The notes under the pieces are model-generated. The model was not told the DNA's origin. It was given only the letters and a program-made list of their open reading frames with translations, and made no database searches. This document shows, one piece after another, positions 60,650 to 64,000 of a DNA stretch of 64,000 bases (within the stretch, counting starts at the first letter, position 1; each line of letters begins with the position of its first letter). This DNA comes from Octopus vulgaris. Its lineage: Eukaryota. Location: assembly GCA_951406725.2 (NCBI GenBank), contig OX597816.1, positions 154,256,001 through 154,320,000 of the forward strand. Direction: 5' to 3'. Made by a program: the position numbers and the translations under genes.

Positions 60650-61250
60650 TCATCATAATTGCTATTACGTTGCTATGCACTTATCTCGCGAAGGGGAAAC
60701 GAAAAGCAGTGTTACACAGTAAATCATCAAAATTCATTCTCCAACGACAAAAATAGCCACAGCATCATGTTACTCAGTATTAAATATAATTTAATAATTA
60801 TGACAAAAACATTGTGACAATTATCGGAAATATTACCGTTCATCTTTCATCATTATTTTATTTATATCTTTAAAGAAAATCTGCACAAAATACAATAATT
60901 GGGAAGTGCCAGTATTTTACAGTCCAAGAAGGCTTAATATTCTAATAAGAATCTAAATAATATTTAAGAAACAAAGAAATAAATTAATTTAGATGAACCA
61001 ACCTCGAAGTTACTGCATCACGTTTCCGCAATCACAAGTGTTACAGCTTTCAACTCTAACAACAATTTCACTTCCGCTTAGTAACACCCCAAACAAAGGT
61101 AATAGCTTTAGTTAGTTATATAATTACTGCAAATACTTCTTGCAAATCAAGTTTTAGTTATAAAAACCGAAAGAAGGCGGGAAAATAATAAACGAGGAAA
61201 CTGGAGAATTAATTTCCCCTTCTTTTGTCGCTAAAGAGTGGACACAGTTT
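60650..61250 (-). promoter_or_regulatory. Candidate LYSET promoter/first exon
   Basis: Unique CpG-enriched island with ETS site CACTTCCG (61069-61076), TCTCGCGA (60684) and a possible donor GAG|GTTGGT at 61003/61002. Confidence 0.35.
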
Positions 61251-61667
61251 GTAATTCAAAACAAATTTTTTTTTAGAATTCTAAATATTTCAACCGCAGT
61301 CATTTTGTCTTTAATTTGAACATAATATCCAGGACTGCGTGATTTAATGAATGGGAAAGTGAAAATAAATACTAGAATTAGAGAAAACTAGTAATGGTCT
61401 GCGTCGACATACACAGGAAATTTTTTTTTAATCATAATAAGTTCGTGAGTCTAACAGTTTACGGAGCGAAACAACTTATCACCTCAGCTTGCGACACATG
61501 ATCCAATTATGCGAAAGTGAGATACGCTGAAAGTGGACAAGAGAGACATTGTCTTCAAAACACATGCAGGAAAGATATAAGCAGGGTGGAGAGGTTCTAA
61601 AAGCCAATATTCTAGAGAGAAAGGATCAAACATAATGGTTAGTGGGTGGCTGTGAGAAAGTGGATGG

Positions 61668-62123
61668 GCGGAATTCTGGTTTAAGCACCCCATAAGCCAC
61701 TCATAACTTTTTTATTTCTTGGAATTTTCAGAAAAATTTTGCGAATTTATATCCTACACACGAGAATTCGTACGATTATGCAAAAACAACAAATTTTTGT
61801 GTGGATTAAGAGCTATTTAGCTGTTATTTTTAGCACAACTCACGACCACTCGATACCCTCCTCTTGTCTTTGTCGCTAATATATTGTATTTCAATATCTT
61901 TCTCCTCATAAATACATTTAATGGTCCACTGCTGGGATTTAAGCAAAAGTTCGGACTGTCTGTATTTTAAATTCTGATTTTTAAACAATTCGAAAAATTA
62001 AAAATTCTTTTCGTAATCGTCTGAATTCCTGTGTGTAGAACACAAATGCGCAAAAATTTTCAGAAAATTCCTGAAAATAAAAAGTCATGAGGGGTTCATG
62101 GGGGTACTAAACGCAGAAATCTG
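61668..62123. mobile_element. MITE with ~130-bp imperfect TIRs
   Basis: CACCCCATAAGCCACTCATAACTTTTTTATTTC pairs with GAAAATAAAAAGTCATGAGGGGTTCATGGGGGTAC. Confidence 0.7.
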
Positions 62124-62389
62124 CTGGTAGGTGAAACAAGGGAGATGTATGAGTTGAAGATACCCTGAGTGACGGATGAACAAGACCCCGCCAATCCGAG
62201 AATCAGTAACCATTGTCACGATAGAAAATACACAGAGAGAAGGCAGCACACCTACAGTCGAAGCTAAGATGTGTTTATTAGTGATTGAATGTCACTCAGT
62301 TTATCTGTGTACGTAGCAATAACACCATCCCATATGTCAATGCGGCACAGCATCGTAGATCTCACTTGAACTTTGTAAAATGACAGCAG

Positions 62390-62900
62390 CTGTTGGGTGC
62401 TGAAATATTTCCTGACCGTAAAGCAAAGGACTAGTATTTGCGAAATAGCTCTATCTATGCTAGGGATCTGCTTTCACCAGGAGATATGTTTGGTAATAAT
62501 GATGTCCAGCATTAGGAGTAGCTGTGAGGATTCTAGCAGAGTACATCATGTTTTGAGGAAGATTGGTTTAGTAGGGCTTTCTTGATATGAGTAGTACTTG
62601 AGCTTGTCTACTGTTGATAGAAACAATGTTGGAATGATGTCTTTGCTTCAGGAATCAATGCAGGTTTGACATATGGTGTATATGTTGTGTGTGGATGGTT
62701 GGGGGTATATTAGGAAAGAATGAAGAATTATATCATCTGCATAAGAAAAGGTATTGTTAGATATGACAGCATTGATGTATAGAAGAAAGAGAGTAAGAGG
62801 ACACCAGAGTTGATTGAGAGTGGGACAGAAAGAACTCCAACATATATCATAATGGTATGCTCTGATACGAAGTTATCAGTTCAAATGATGGAATAATCCA
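62390..62900 (-). mobile_element. Degenerate LINE RT fragment
   Basis: Minus frame LFLLYIN...TFSYADDI (YADD motif). Confidence 0.5.
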
Positions 62901-64000
62901 TTTTTCTTTACTGCAGTAACATTTCAAGAGTAATTCTATATCTTTGCCACAAAATAAGGCTTAAAAATATAAATAGAAAATTGTGATCATAAATTCCCAA
63001 TTATTAAAAAATATGTTTATTCTAAATGAAAGTTAGTGGCCATTACTATTTGTAGCTAAGATTTAAGGAGTAAAAAATATTTTCAAATATTTATTTGTTT
63101 GAAAGAAACATAGGACTGAAAATTAATAACAGAAGGAAATTAAAATGATTAATGTTCTGATAAGAAGCCAATGGCAATCAGTGTCACTTCATAAAAAAAC
63201 TATCTTAAGAAACCAATGACAATCAGTTTCAATTCATAAAAAGCTTCCACTGTGCCATAAATTTGGTCTAGACAATCAAATTGTGCTATTTAAGAATAAA
63301 CTACAATCTAATTTACTGTCTGTCTTATAGAGACATTAGAGATGAAAATTTGAGTAAACCGTCTTTTTATATTTGTTTAACATCATAACATCTCTGAATT
63401 GTTTAGTTCTTGTCAACCCTGATTAAGCAAAACTATGATTGGGTGATTCCAGCCATGACAATCCTGTCATTTTTATTTATTAAGAATCACTTTATCTAAT
63501 GTGACCCTTTTTTTAAAACGATAGAGTGTAATTTGAGGGAGATTTGGCTGCAATTTATAACAGGTTGAGCAATCTATTGAGGTATCCTCATTGGCTCAAG
63601 TTAAAACTCCTTTGTTGGTTGAAACAGAGGCTCCATCACTGACTCTGTTGTTAAAAGTAGGTTAACTGATTATTTTAAGAAAGATGACACTAGTTGGTTT
63701 AATTCTCATTCCAAGTTGCTGAGGGGCTTATTGGTTTAACCACAAGGTCTAATTTCACAGTAAGACCCTTTGTGGTTGGTCACTGCTAGAAGTAGCTATG
63801 ACTTTATCAAACATACCAATATGAGTTCATATATATATTTATTCTTACCCTGTGTTGTATTTCATGTTTATTCACTACTCACCCAGTATTGGCACTGTAA
63901 TTATACATCAATTCATTACCCACCTTGCTTTGGATGGGGATGTGGAAGCATGTGGCCTTGTGGTTAGAGTGCTAGGCTCACAAGCATTAGGAGATGAGTT

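Overview
AT-rich, microsatellite- and transposon-dense eukaryotic DNA. The SINE/LINE repertoire and intron structure suggest a coleoid cephalopod (probably Octopus); this is inference. Two protein-coding genes lie on the minus strand. (1) A complete 8-exon gene, join of 43897..43736, 21767..21641, 12518..12446, 11044..10951, 9080..8962, 7502..7318, 4036..3960, 981..757 (1062 nt, 353 aa, all GT-AG, phases consistent), encodes a class II (plant PRS3/PRS4-type) ribose-phosphate pyrophosphokinase. (2) A single coding exon (55438..54959) encodes LYSET/TMEM251, preceded by a degenerate in-frame partial copy of itself. The rest is repeats: RTE, CR1/L2 and Hero-like LINE relics, tRNA-derived SINEs, Helitrons, a DD41D Tc1/mariner, piggyBac/mariner/Merlin-like MITEs, two solo LTRs and foldback elements. 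A Penelope-like fragment carries a type I hammerhead ribozyme with a mutated catalytic G and a captured copy of nearby intron DNA. Three separate short local duplications are visible.
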